Virus record (IMG/VR): IMGVR_UViG_3300020541_000008
Span: 1 to 30,684 of that record
DNA: 30,684 nt
Strand: one strand, 5' to 3'
From: a virus
Taxonomy: Duplodnaviria; Caudoviricetes
Position 1 is the first letter of the stretch. Each line of letters begins with the position of its first letter. Below, piece after piece: positions 8,420 to 15,729 of the stretch. Made by a program: the position numbers and the translations under genes. Under the pieces are notes generated by a model that did no database searches, was not told the DNA's origin, and saw only the letters and a list, made by a program, of their open reading frames with translations.

Positions 8420-9036
8420 TTCTCGTTCAGTTTTTTAATTCGTTCGACATAGTATTCCGTCGCCAGCTTGCAACGTTCAATCATTTGATTTTCAAGTTCG
8501 AAATCGCGTTCGAATAACAACGAAGTGATTCGCTTTCGTGGATCAATGTGGTCAACCATGTGAAGCGTTTTGTCATCGTATTGCGTCAAGAATTCGTCCC
8601 ACGTTGACACCATGCAAAACACCAGTTCGAATTCCATTCGGTTGAATAAAAGCATGTAGGCACGACCTTGCCATTCGTAATCCTTCGCGTCGATGTCTTC
8701 AGGCAATTCAGGGAACGTGTCCAGTGACCAGCTTGTCTTGATGTCAATGATTCGTTCGTTAGTGACAATGTCACATTCTCCGGTCATGAAATCGTTTTCA
8801 ATCCGAAGGTTGTTTTTCTCGTAGTTTTCGAATCGAACCGCGTTCAATAACTGAATCGATTCAAGTTCTTGATTCGTTCCCTTGTCAAGGTATCTGTTGA
8901 CGACTGGCGAAGTGTAACCGAAGAAATCTTCTTTCGCAAGTTGTTCAATGTACGATTTCGCCGTTTGCGACAAGACGTCCGTTTTCGACCGTGACGTGGT
9001 CATGAGTTTGCCGATTTGTGAAGCGCGCCATTTCAT
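8416..9036 (-). CDS. YqaJ/lambda-exonuclease-like PD-(D/E)xK nuclease
   Basis: RASQIG, KGTNQE, TGECD...IDIKTSW, YEWQGRAYM motifs; near the ERF recombinase. Confidence 0.85.
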   Translation of the reverse strand: MKWRASQIGKLMTTSRSKTDVLSQTAKSYIEQLAKEDFFGYTSPVVNRYLDKGTNQELESIQLLNAVRFENYEKNNLRIENDFMTGECDIVTNERIIDIKTSWSLDTFPELPEDIDAKDYEWQGRAYMLLFNRMEFELVFCMVSTWDEFLTQYDDKTLHMVDHIDPRKRITSLLFERDFELENQMIERCKLATEYYVERIKKLNEK

Positions 9037-9236
9037 AGTTCTAAAATATTAAATTTAACATTTGACCAATAAATAAAGTCACGCGATTTGATATCAACGT
9101 CCTTCATTAATTCTTGAACCAGAATCAACGCGCATGATTTGCGTGTGACGAATGTCTTCACCTTCGAATCGTATTCGATGAATTCAAACAAGTCAAACAA
9201 ATACCTTGCGCGTTGTTCAGCGGTCATTTCGTTCAT
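9033..9236 (-). CDS. Hypothetical protein
   Basis: 67-aa ORF with ATGA overlaps on both sides. Confidence 0.7.
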   Translation of the reverse strand: MNEMTAEQRARYLFDLFEFIEYDSKVKTFVTRKSCALILVQELMKDVDIKSRDFIYWSNVKFNILEL

Positions 9237-9799
9237 AGTTGATTGATTTGTTCAGGTGTCAACGAATAGGTTGCCTTCAGTTTCGCAACGGTGAACTTTC
9301 CGTCGGCGATTGCTTTCAAAGCATTTTTGAATCGTTCTTCGTCAATTGTTGGTTTTTCATTCTTCGAATTCGTGAACGTTGTGATTGTTCCTTTTCCTGA
9401 AGCTTCGTTGCCATCGTCATCAATCGACTGAAGAGACAACAACGATTGAAGCGTTCCGCGTCGAAAGTAAGTAATGCAAGCGAGCGTTTTTTGTGGATCG
9501 GTTATGTTTAATGGAATGTCCATAAATGATTCGACCGATTCGCCTGAATCAATGTCCGTGATTATTGTGAACACGGTGTTGCCTTTTATCGGCTGAAGCA
9601 ATATAAGGCCATAAGATAAAAGAATCGGTTCGACCGTTTCCAGCAATGCGTTGATGTCCGCGTATGTTTTCTTAAAATGCGGATTCGTCGCGTTCTTCGC
9701 AACCTTTCCGATGTGTTGCTTTGCCGAATGAAGCTTGTGGAATAGTCCCTTCGGTTGTTCTGGTGTGACCACGTCGGTCTGTTTTCTTGTTGTCGCCAT
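9233..9799 (-). CDS. erf: ERF-family single-strand annealing recombinase
   Basis: KNATNPHFKKTYADI and ITYFRRGTLQSLLSLQSIDDDGN match ERF hallmarks. Confidence 0.85.
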   Translation of the reverse strand: MATTRKQTDVVTPEQPKGLFHKLHSAKQHIGKVAKNATNPHFKKTYADINALLETVEPILLSYGLILLQPIKGNTVFTIITDIDSGESVESFMDIPLNITDPQKTLACITYFRRGTLQSLLSLQSIDDDGNEASGKGTITTFTNSKNEKPTIDEERFKNALKAIADGKFTVAKLKATYSLTPEQINQL

Positions 9800-9821
9800 A
9801 ATTAAAGTATTAAATTTTTAC

Positions 9822-9855
9822 CAAATATAGAAATAATTTTCATTCGTGAAACAAA
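9822..9855 (-). promoter_or_regulatory. Bacteroidota housekeeping-type promoter (TTTG ... TATATTTG)
   Basis: Perfect TAnnTTTG at 9829-9822 with TTTG 22 nt upstream, in the intergenic gap before erf. Confidence 0.65.
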
Positions 9856-9857
9856 GG

Positions 9858-10337
9858 TCAAGAAATTTTTGTCAATTCATCAATTCGAACCGTCCAAGTG
9901 TCGCAAAGAAACGGTTTCTTAAATCCGATTTCCCCTTCCTTTTTGAACACGGCGCGTTCCTTGAAGTCGTTTTTTTTAATCATTCCAGCCAACCAAGCCG
10001 TTGACATTGATTCGTTGACAAATGGAAAACAATAAAAATCACAATCTTGCGTTGCATTGAAGTTCGAAACGTGACACGTCCATGAATCAATCGGTTTGAA
10101 TCTTGTTTCTTGTGTCTTAATTTCAATCTTGAATCCTTCAATCATTAAATCGAAATCATGGTGTTGACAATGTTCGACTTCGCGTCCTTTGTTTTGGTAA
10201 TAATCGAACACGACTATTTCACCAACCGCGCCGATTAGATTCCCTTGACCGTTACGAATGGAATTGTTTAACACTTTGAAATTATAAAGCATTTCAGCGC
10301 GCTTGATTTGTTGTTGTGTGATGCTTATTTCAATCAT
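9858..10337 (-). CDS. PD-(D/E)xK restriction endonuclease-like protein
   Basis: GAVGE...DFDL...IEIKT catalytic pattern; start 10337 overlaps the upstream stop. Confidence 0.65.
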   Translation of the reverse strand: MIEISITQQQIKRAEMLYNFKVLNNSIRNGQGNLIGAVGEIVVFDYYQNKGREVEHCQHHDFDLMIEGFKIEIKTQETRFKPIDSWTCHVSNFNATQDCDFYCFPFVNESMSTAWLAGMIKKNDFKERAVFKKEGEIGFKKPFLCDTWTVRIDELTKIS

Positions 10338-10786
10338 TCCTGAACGTATTTGTCGAACCATTCCACAAACGAATCGAAGTCGCGCGCAATCAAGTACACG
10401 CCACCAGCGCGTTCGATGTCCTCTTGATATTTCTTTTGCGCTGGCGATTGAATGTCGTTCCCGACCTTGACTTCAATCTTGACGGAACGTCCCCGGATTG
10501 TTGCGGAAATGTCCGCGCTTCCCTTGGTCGATGTTGACTTCGTCCATGTTATTCCGATGACCTTGCCGTCGGTTCGTTTCTTTTCCCTTGCGACGCCCAT
10601 TGTGTTGATTCGTTCCGCTTGGTAGCCGTTTAACTTGATAAACGAAGTGATTGCCTTGGTCAGGCCGTTCGCGGTCTTGTCTTCGAACTTCGTGAGCGCC
10701 AAATAATCAACGGGAATCTTTGGGTATTTTTCTGTTTTGTACTTGATTTGCAAGTCCTTCAATCGTTGTTTGTTTTCTTTGTTCAT
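10334..10786 (-). CDS. VRR-NUC / Holliday junction resolvase-like nuclease
   Basis: KGSADI...IEVKVGNDIQSPAQKKYQ...AGGVY. Confidence 0.85.
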   Translation of the reverse strand: MNKENKQRLKDLQIKYKTEKYPKIPVDYLALTKFEDKTANGLTKAITSFIKLNGYQAERINTMGVAREKKRTDGKVIGITWTKSTSTKGSADISATIRGRSVKIEVKVGNDIQSPAQKKYQEDIERAGGVYLIARDFDSFVEWFDKYVQE

Positions 10787-10920
10787 CGTTTATTCATAAT
10801 TAAAGCGCTGGAAATACCAACGACCATACAACCAATCGCACCCCAAATACCAAAAAAGTAAATCGCAATCCACCAAATAAGGACGCAAAGAATAATAGCT
10901 GAAATAAAAATCGCTTTCAT
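10783..10920 (-). CDS. 45-aa hydrophobic membrane peptide (not in ORF track)
   Basis: MKAIFISAIILCVLIWWIAIYFFGIWGAIGCMVVGISSALIMNKR*; fills the gap and its stop overlaps the next ATG. Confidence 0.65.
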   Translation of the reverse strand: MKAIFISAIILCVLIWWIAIYFFGIWGAIGCMVVGISSALIMNKR

Positions 10921-10930
10921 ATATGTTTAT

Positions 10931-13303
10931 TTAAAATTGTTTCGGTTCGTTTGAAGGTGATCCAGCGGTCAGCATGAAAAAGCGTCCCATGTGATTATGG
11001 CCTTCGGTGTATTTGTAACCCTTGAAATTCGCGTATTCTCGAACCCATTTTTTGAATTTTTGTGTTGACAAGTCCTTGAACGAATTCGTTTCCGTCTGAA
11101 AGTCGTGAAGCTTTGATTGATTATAACAATAAACATCAAGCTGAATGTTTCCTTCACGAACGAATTCAAAGAAGTCCTTGCAAGTCGCTTGAATGAAACG
11201 CTTTGTGTCGGCGTTAATTGAAGTCGTCTTCGTCAATCCTTCGTTTAGGTATTTTTGTACGTTCGAAATCATGTAGTTGTCAAATCGCGACCAGTCGTCC
11301 GACGACCACGAATCAAACAATAAACGGCCGTATTCCTTCAATGGCGAATGTTGAGCGTTAAAGTATTGAAAGAATTCAAGTTCGTGACGCCGTCGGTCGT
11401 GACTTGAACCAGCGCCGGAAATAACGTAATTCGTCGTGATCACAATTTTCGGAGACCTTTCAAATGGAATATAAATTTCGTCCTTATTTTTTCGATTGAC
11501 TGTGATTCCTTGAGAAACAACGCTGAACAATTGCTCGAAATCGAAGTTCTTTTTGACGTCATCAAACGCAAGGATTTGCGTGTCCAAATTAACCCGTTGA
11601 TAAACGAAGTCGTTCTTCATGGAATTGAATTGTTTTCCGTCCACGGTGACCAAATTCCGAAAATAATTGATTGCCGTTAACATTAAGGATTTCCCCGAAC
11701 CGCCGTTGGCGTTGTCGTCGATTTCTTGGTCGTTGAAAATGATTGCTTTTTGTTCTGTTTTATCCTTGAAAGTGTGCATCAAATAACCCAAGGTCGTTTC
11801 AAGAGCAATCGTTCGGTTTTCGTCTTGATTTGACACCTTGTAAATGAAATCTTGAAAGTCGTTCTTGTGGTCGTCCACCTTAACGAAGTCCCGGTTCAAG
11901 ATTTGATTTTCCCAAATGTAACCGTCCACGTCGATGAATTGCTTCATTTCAATTTTATCCTTGGTCACAACAACAACGCCGTTCTGAAATGGAATAAACG
12001 ATTCGGTCTTGGTGTCCTGAAGCATTTTTACATCAATCGAATCAATCATGTTGAGAAAATTTTCACTAAACAAATACGTCGAACGTGAGCAATAATTCCA
12101 AACGCTTATTTCCCCTCGGCTTTCAAGGTATTTCAAAACAAAGTCCTTGATTTGTTCGACCGAAGACAAGCGAACCTTGTTTTCCTTAATGAGTACAAAG
12201 GTAGGTGACAAGCTTCGTTCTGGATAATATTTGGCGAATCCATGTTTTGAAAGAAACGCCGAATAATTATTCGGTTCAATCGTTATTCGTTCGCCTTGTT
12301 TGGTTTCGGTTATCGTCCAAAAAATGTCCGCTATGTTTGCGATTTCGGTCTTGATTTCATCGATTTGTTCGTGATCAAGTCCAAGCGCTTCACCGATTTC
12401 TTTTGATGCGATTCCTTGACGAATCTTTGTTTTCGCTTTGTTTAGTTTATCGTTATCGTCAAAGTATTTCGAACGGAAATCCGCCGTCCGATACGCGCTT
12501 TTAACGGTGTTTGAAAGTTCCGCTTTCGTGAAATCGGAACAAACGAATTGTTCAAGGAATGATTCGGCCACGTCGCGCGTGATTCCGTATTCGCAAAAAC
12601 AAGCCGAAATCTTGAAAATGTAATTGTTGCGATTGCCAGCGACGAATTCACCGTCAAAATCGAACTTCATAATTCGTTCAATTATTTTGCCTTCGTCCAT
12701 AAGATAGACAATCGGCGGACGATCCGCGAAAATGTGTCCACGTTCTTCGGTTATTCCAGTGTATTCGTCGCAAAATTCATTCAGGTAAGCGTCGGTATCG
12801 TAACTTTCGAAGCAAACACGCGAAACGTTTTGACTTGACGCGTCGAAATATTCCGAATTGAATTCCTTTTCAAGCGCTTTGAAGCGCCTTTTGTGTTCGT
12901 CCTTGGTTGATTTCGGTATCTTGACAACGACCTTCAGTCCTTTGTTCGAAGGCGAAGTGAATACCATAAAAACAAACGGAAGTAATTTGAATCGTTTTTT
13001 GTCCTCGTTCATCGTTTCTTCGTCTGGATAATCATCAAAATCAAGAATGCAAAGACCTGAATGTTCAACAAGGCCATTGTCGGTTCGTTCGGTGAACGTT
13101 CCGTTGAACATGATTGCCAGCAATGAATTCTTCAATGAACGATAAGCTTCGGTTGATTCGTCCATTTCACGAAGTCGGTTGATTTTCGAAACAAGTTCAG
13201 GATAACCGTTCTTGATTCGATTGTAAACTTCGACCACGTTCATTGTGAACGGTGTTTCCTTTGCGTTAAAAAGGGAACGGAAAACGGAAATATTTGGAAT
13301 CAT
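10931..13303 (-). CDS. Primase-helicase (BT4734/VirE-N-like primase domain, PriCT, SF3-type helicase)
   Basis: HSGLCILDFD and FTSPSNKGLK N-terminal motifs, GNRNNYIF PriCT, Walker A GGSGKS, Walker B LAFDD, motif C ITTN. Confidence 0.9.
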   Translation of the reverse strand: MIPNISVFRSLFNAKETPFTMNVVEVYNRIKNGYPELVSKINRLREMDESTEAYRSLKNSLLAIMFNGTFTERTDNGLVEHSGLCILDFDDYPDEETMNEDKKRFKLLPFVFMVFTSPSNKGLKVVVKIPKSTKDEHKRRFKALEKEFNSEYFDASSQNVSRVCFESYDTDAYLNEFCDEYTGITEERGHIFADRPPIVYLMDEGKIIERIMKFDFDGEFVAGNRNNYIFKISACFCEYGITRDVAESFLEQFVCSDFTKAELSNTVKSAYRTADFRSKYFDDNDKLNKAKTKIRQGIASKEIGEALGLDHEQIDEIKTEIANIADIFWTITETKQGERITIEPNNYSAFLSKHGFAKYYPERSLSPTFVLIKENKVRLSSVEQIKDFVLKYLESRGEISVWNYCSRSTYLFSENFLNMIDSIDVKMLQDTKTESFIPFQNGVVVVTKDKIEMKQFIDVDGYIWENQILNRDFVKVDDHKNDFQDFIYKVSNQDENRTIALETTLGYLMHTFKDKTEQKAIIFNDQEIDDNANGGSGKSLMLTAINYFRNLVTVDGKQFNSMKNDFVYQRVNLDTQILAFDDVKKNFDFEQLFSVVSQGITVNRKNKDEIYIPFERSPKIVITTNYVISGAGSSHDRRRHELEFFQYFNAQHSPLKEYGRLLFDSWSSDDWSRFDNYMISNVQKYLNEGLTKTTSINADTKRFIQATCKDFFEFVREGNIQLDVYCYNQSKLHDFQTETNSFKDLSTQKFKKWVREYANFKGYKYTEGHNHMGRFFMLTAGSPSNEPKQF

Positions 13304-13313
13304 GTTTCGTTAC

Positions 13314-13365
13314 AAAAAAAAGAACCGACCTTTCAACGATGGCGCGCGTTTACTCGGTCGATTCT
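13314..13365 (-). terminator. Terminator/attenuator hairpin in the primase leader
   Basis: 10-bp stem AGAAUCGACC/GGUCGGUUCU, 25-nt loop, U-tract ending 10 nt before the primase ATG. Confidence 0.65.
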
Positions 13366-13395
13366 CTTTAATAAGTTCTTAATTGTTTGCGCCAT
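13333..13395 (-). CDS. Putative 20-aa leader peptide MAQTIKNLLKRIDRVNARHR
   Basis: ATG 4 nt after TAGCTTTG; stop codon inside the hairpin loop. Confidence 0.4.
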   Translation of the reverse strand: MAQTIKNLLKRIDRVNARHR

Positions 13396-13399
13396 GTCA

Positions 13400-13407
13400 C
13401 AAAGCTA
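13400..13407 (-). promoter_or_regulatory. Bacteroidota -7 promoter element TAGCTTTG
   Basis: Perfect TAnnTTTG upstream of the primase leader. Confidence 0.65.
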
Positions 13408-13431
13408 AAAATAAATTTCATTCGTAATCAA

Positions 13432-13601
13432 TCCGCGACAAAATTATTTTTTTGTAACGCGTTTTGTAACGCCTGAAAGTCAATACCACACTACGTTTCG
13501 TGTATTCCGCGACAAAATTACAAAAGTTTTTGCCCCCCCCCCTTCGTTTTTTTTCTTTTTTTTCATGGCAGGGTATAAGGGAAAACGCCGTTTTGTAACG
13601 C
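13432..13601. repeat. Iteron-like repeats, probable replication origin
   Basis: TCCGCGACAAAATTA x2 (13432, 13506), TTTTGTAACGC x3 (13450, 13462, 13591), C- and T-homopolymer tracts; lies between the DnaA-C-like gene and primase-helicase. Confidence 0.65.
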
Positions 13602-13607
13602 AAGGCC

Positions 13608-13637
13608 AAAAAAAAACGCCCAGTTTCCCGGACGTTT
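13608..13637 (-). terminator. Intrinsic terminator
   Basis: ACGUCCGG-GAAA-CUGGGCGU hairpin followed by a U-tract, just after the stop at 13660. Confidence 0.8.
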
Positions 13638-13659
13638 CTTCAATCAAAAGTATTAAACG

Positions 13660-14070
13660 CTATTCGGCTAAGATAGCGGAAATTTGTTTTCGATTCAAAG
13701 GTTCGTTCAAAGCCGTCAACATTTTTTGCGTGAAATTACCTTGAATCGTGACCATGTTTTCGCTGGCTTTACATTTGAAATAGTAGTTTTTTGGAAGCGA
13801 CAACAATTCAGGTTCGACGATTTCGACCAAATCATGAATCATTCGATAATAAAGTTCGTCTTTCATGTGCCACCATTTATTGTGTTGCTTTACACCGTGA
13901 ATGACGGTTGAATGATCGCGGTTAAACAATTTACCGATTTCGTTCAAGGGCATCGTGTTCAAGGAATAAAGGACGCCCATAAGATAAAAACGTTTGTAAA
14001 CCTTTTCGCGCGTTTGCATTTTGCCGTCAAGCTTGTGTTCTTTGATAAGTTCTTTAATTGTTTCTTTCAT
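13660..14070 (-). CDS. DnaA C-terminal (domain IV)-like DNA-binding protein
   Basis: LNEIGKLFNRDHSTVIHG matches the DnaA HTH signature; no AAA+ domain. Confidence 0.8.
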   Translation of the reverse strand: MKETIKELIKEHKLDGKMQTREKVYKRFYLMGVLYSLNTMPLNEIGKLFNRDHSTVIHGVKQHNKWWHMKDELYYRMIHDLVEIVEPELLSLPKNYYFKCKASENMVTIQGNFTQKMLTALNEPLNRKQISAILAE

Positions 14071-14681
14071 AAATGTATTTTTTTTGATTTTTTTACTTTT
14101 TTCATCACTATAAAATAAGAATGAAATTTTCTTGCGTGTTTTTGATTTTTATGATTGTGACCTTTTATTCTGTTTTTCGCTAAAAGAATAAATAAATCCA
14201 AATTATAGAAACCAATTTCTTCGGCTTGATTCATTAAGTATAGATGTGAAAAAAATTGTTTGCCACCACTCACCGTATCTTGACATTTTATTATCAATAT
14301 ACCATTGAATTCTAAAATTCGATAAAATTCAAGTAAGCATTCGGAATACCATTTCCAAAGGTCATCAATGTATGGAAAACCATGAAAACGTTCGCCAATT
14401 ATTCCTGAAGGTTTTTCCTTTGTATGTCCTACAACAAATGGTGGATCAAACATAATTGATGAAATGCTTTGATCTAAGTGTGGTAAATTATTCGCATTTG
14501 ATTGAAGTGTGTCATCCGTTTGCGGAATTAAATCAAATTTTTCAATCGGTTCATCAATGTTAGAATTTTTATAGAAATTTCCTTTTGAATAAGTTGGATC
14601 AAGTTCAATTCCTTGCGGACAATGCAATTTCAAAATGTTTTGAATTATTTCTTGTTGATTGAAACTTATTGTCGTCAACAT
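14067..14681 (-). CDS. Amino (N6-A/N4-C) DNA methyltransferase
   Basis: LDPTYSKG SAM-binding-like motif, FDPPF catalytic motif, EFYRILEFNGILIIK; start moved to MLTTISF. Confidence 0.8.
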   Translation of the reverse strand: MLTTISFNQQEIIQNILKLHCPQGIELDPTYSKGNFYKNSNIDEPIEKFDLIPQTDDTLQSNANNLPHLDQSISSIMFDPPFVVGHTKEKPSGIIGERFHGFPYIDDLWKWYSECLLEFYRILEFNGILIIKCQDTVSGGKQFFSHLYLMNQAEEIGFYNLDLFILLAKNRIKGHNHKNQKHARKFHSYFIVMKKVKKSKKIHL

Positions 14682-14815
14682 CCTCGTTTTGATTTGATTT
14701 CGCAAATTTTTAAATACAATTGTACGTTGAATGAACCGCGTCGTTCTTTCGTCCACCAGCGAACGCATTCCGCAAGCGTCAATTGTGGCGTTTTGATTTT
14801 AGAATTTTTCTTCAT
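14675..14815 (-). CDS. 46-aa hypothetical protein (not in ORF track)
   Basis: MKKNSKIKTPQLTLAECVRWWTKERRGSFNVQLYLKICEIKSKRGC*, overlapping both neighbours by a few bases. Confidence 0.55.
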   Translation of the reverse strand: MKKNSKIKTPQLTLAECVRWWTKERRGSFNVQLYLKICEIKSKRGC

Positions 14816-15143
14816 TTGCTTGTTGTATTTTTAAGTTTTCGTAATGATTAAACCAAAGCTTGTCTTCGTGTGAAATGTATTCCGACAAAATCCAGTTCAA
14901 TGAATCGCTCAGAATGTTTTCGGTAATCGCGTTTTTAACTTGTTCAATTTCTTCGTCGTTGGTCGTGTAGTCGAATTCCATTTCACCGATTATTTTTGTC
15001 GCGTAAATTGGTGACAATTCAAGGTCAAGTCCGACGACTTCGTCTTCTTCGCAAATCGTTCGTTTTATTTCAAAATAACCTTCGACAAAGGTCGAATCGT
15101 TCAATTGGTAGTGAAACCATTTGTCATTTTCTATAGATAGCAT
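14799..15143 (-). CDS. Hypothetical acidic protein
   Basis: 114-aa ORF in the early operon. Confidence 0.7.
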   Translation of the reverse strand: MLSIENDKWFHYQLNDSTFVEGYFEIKRTICEEDEVVGLDLELSPIYATKIIGEMEFDYTTNDEEIEQVKNAITENILSDSLNWILSEYISHEDKLWFNHYENLKIQQANEEKF

Positions 15144-15220
15144 AACACAAAAATTAAAAAGTAATATAAAAGAAACGGCATTGCAATGAGCAAAAGTGTT
15201 GATTTAATAAAGTCCTTCAT
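15131..15220 (-). CDS. 29-aa hydrophobic peptide (not in ORF track)
   Basis: MKDFIKSTLLLIAMPFLLYYFLIFVLCYL*; ATGA overlap with the upstream gene and fills the gap. Confidence 0.45.
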   Translation of the reverse strand: MKDFIKSTLLLIAMPFLLYYFLIFVLCYL

Positions 15221-15558
15221 TTTAACCAGATTTGATTGATTGTTTTTAAAGATTGTTCGTCCATGTAACAAAGACACGAAGTCAAAAGATTGAACAAGAA
15301 TTGCTTGTCAAGATTGTTTTTGTTGTTTCGAACGTATTGAATGGCGCGCGTATATTCCGGAAATTTACCAGCGAATTCAAGTTCTTGTTGCGTCGGTTTC
15401 TTTTCGATTTCAAAACTTGTTAATCCAAGTTTTTCGGATTTTGATTCAACGATTTGATTCGCAAATAAACGAACGTCACATTGCGCGTCCGCTTGGTGAT
15501 GCATTGCGAACACGGTGTTGTCGTTCGCGTCTTTGAATGAAATTTTGTAAGTGTTCAT
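15217..15558 (-). CDS. Hypothetical protein, first gene of the early operon
   Basis: 113-aa ORF after an AT-rich promoter region. Confidence 0.7.
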   Translation of the reverse strand: MNTYKISFKDANDNTVFAMHHQADAQCDVRLFANQIVESKSEKLGLTSFEIEKKPTQQELEFAGKFPEYTRAIQYVRNNKNNLDKQFLFNLLTSCLCYMDEQSLKTINQIWLK

Positions 15559-15585
15559 AGCATTTTTTTTAATTGTTTAACGTTG

Positions 15586-15615
15586 CTAAATTACAAAATG
15601 TTTCATAACTGCAAA
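15586..15615 (-). promoter_or_regulatory. Early promoter (TTTG-N18-TAATTTAG)
   Basis: One mismatch to the Bacteroidota -7 consensus with a plausibly spaced -33 TTTG. Confidence 0.55.
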
Positions 15616-15648
15616 ACTTTACGCAATTTTTTTTCACATTTTCAACAA

Positions 15649-15667
15649 ATTTAGAATCGTTCTAAAT
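15649..15667. promoter_or_regulatory. 19-bp palindromic operator ATTTAGAATCGTTCTAAAT (Fur-box-like)
   Basis: 8-3-8 perfect inverted repeat in the intergenic region upstream of the early promoter. Confidence 0.65.
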
Positions 15668-15729
15668 AAGGAAATGTCGAAATCGTGCGAATAATCACAT
15701 AAATTCCGCTTATTTGCGGTAAAAAACGC

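Noticed and set aside
13432-13601. Mini-CRISPR array
   Set aside because: Repeats are 11-15 bp, of two types and irregularly spaced; no cas genes
13418-13609. 63-aa ORF across the origin region
   Set aside because: Low-complexity translation of homopolymer tracts and repeats
13660-14070. Bacterial dnaA
   Set aside because: Only the C-terminal HTH signature is present; no AAA+ domain
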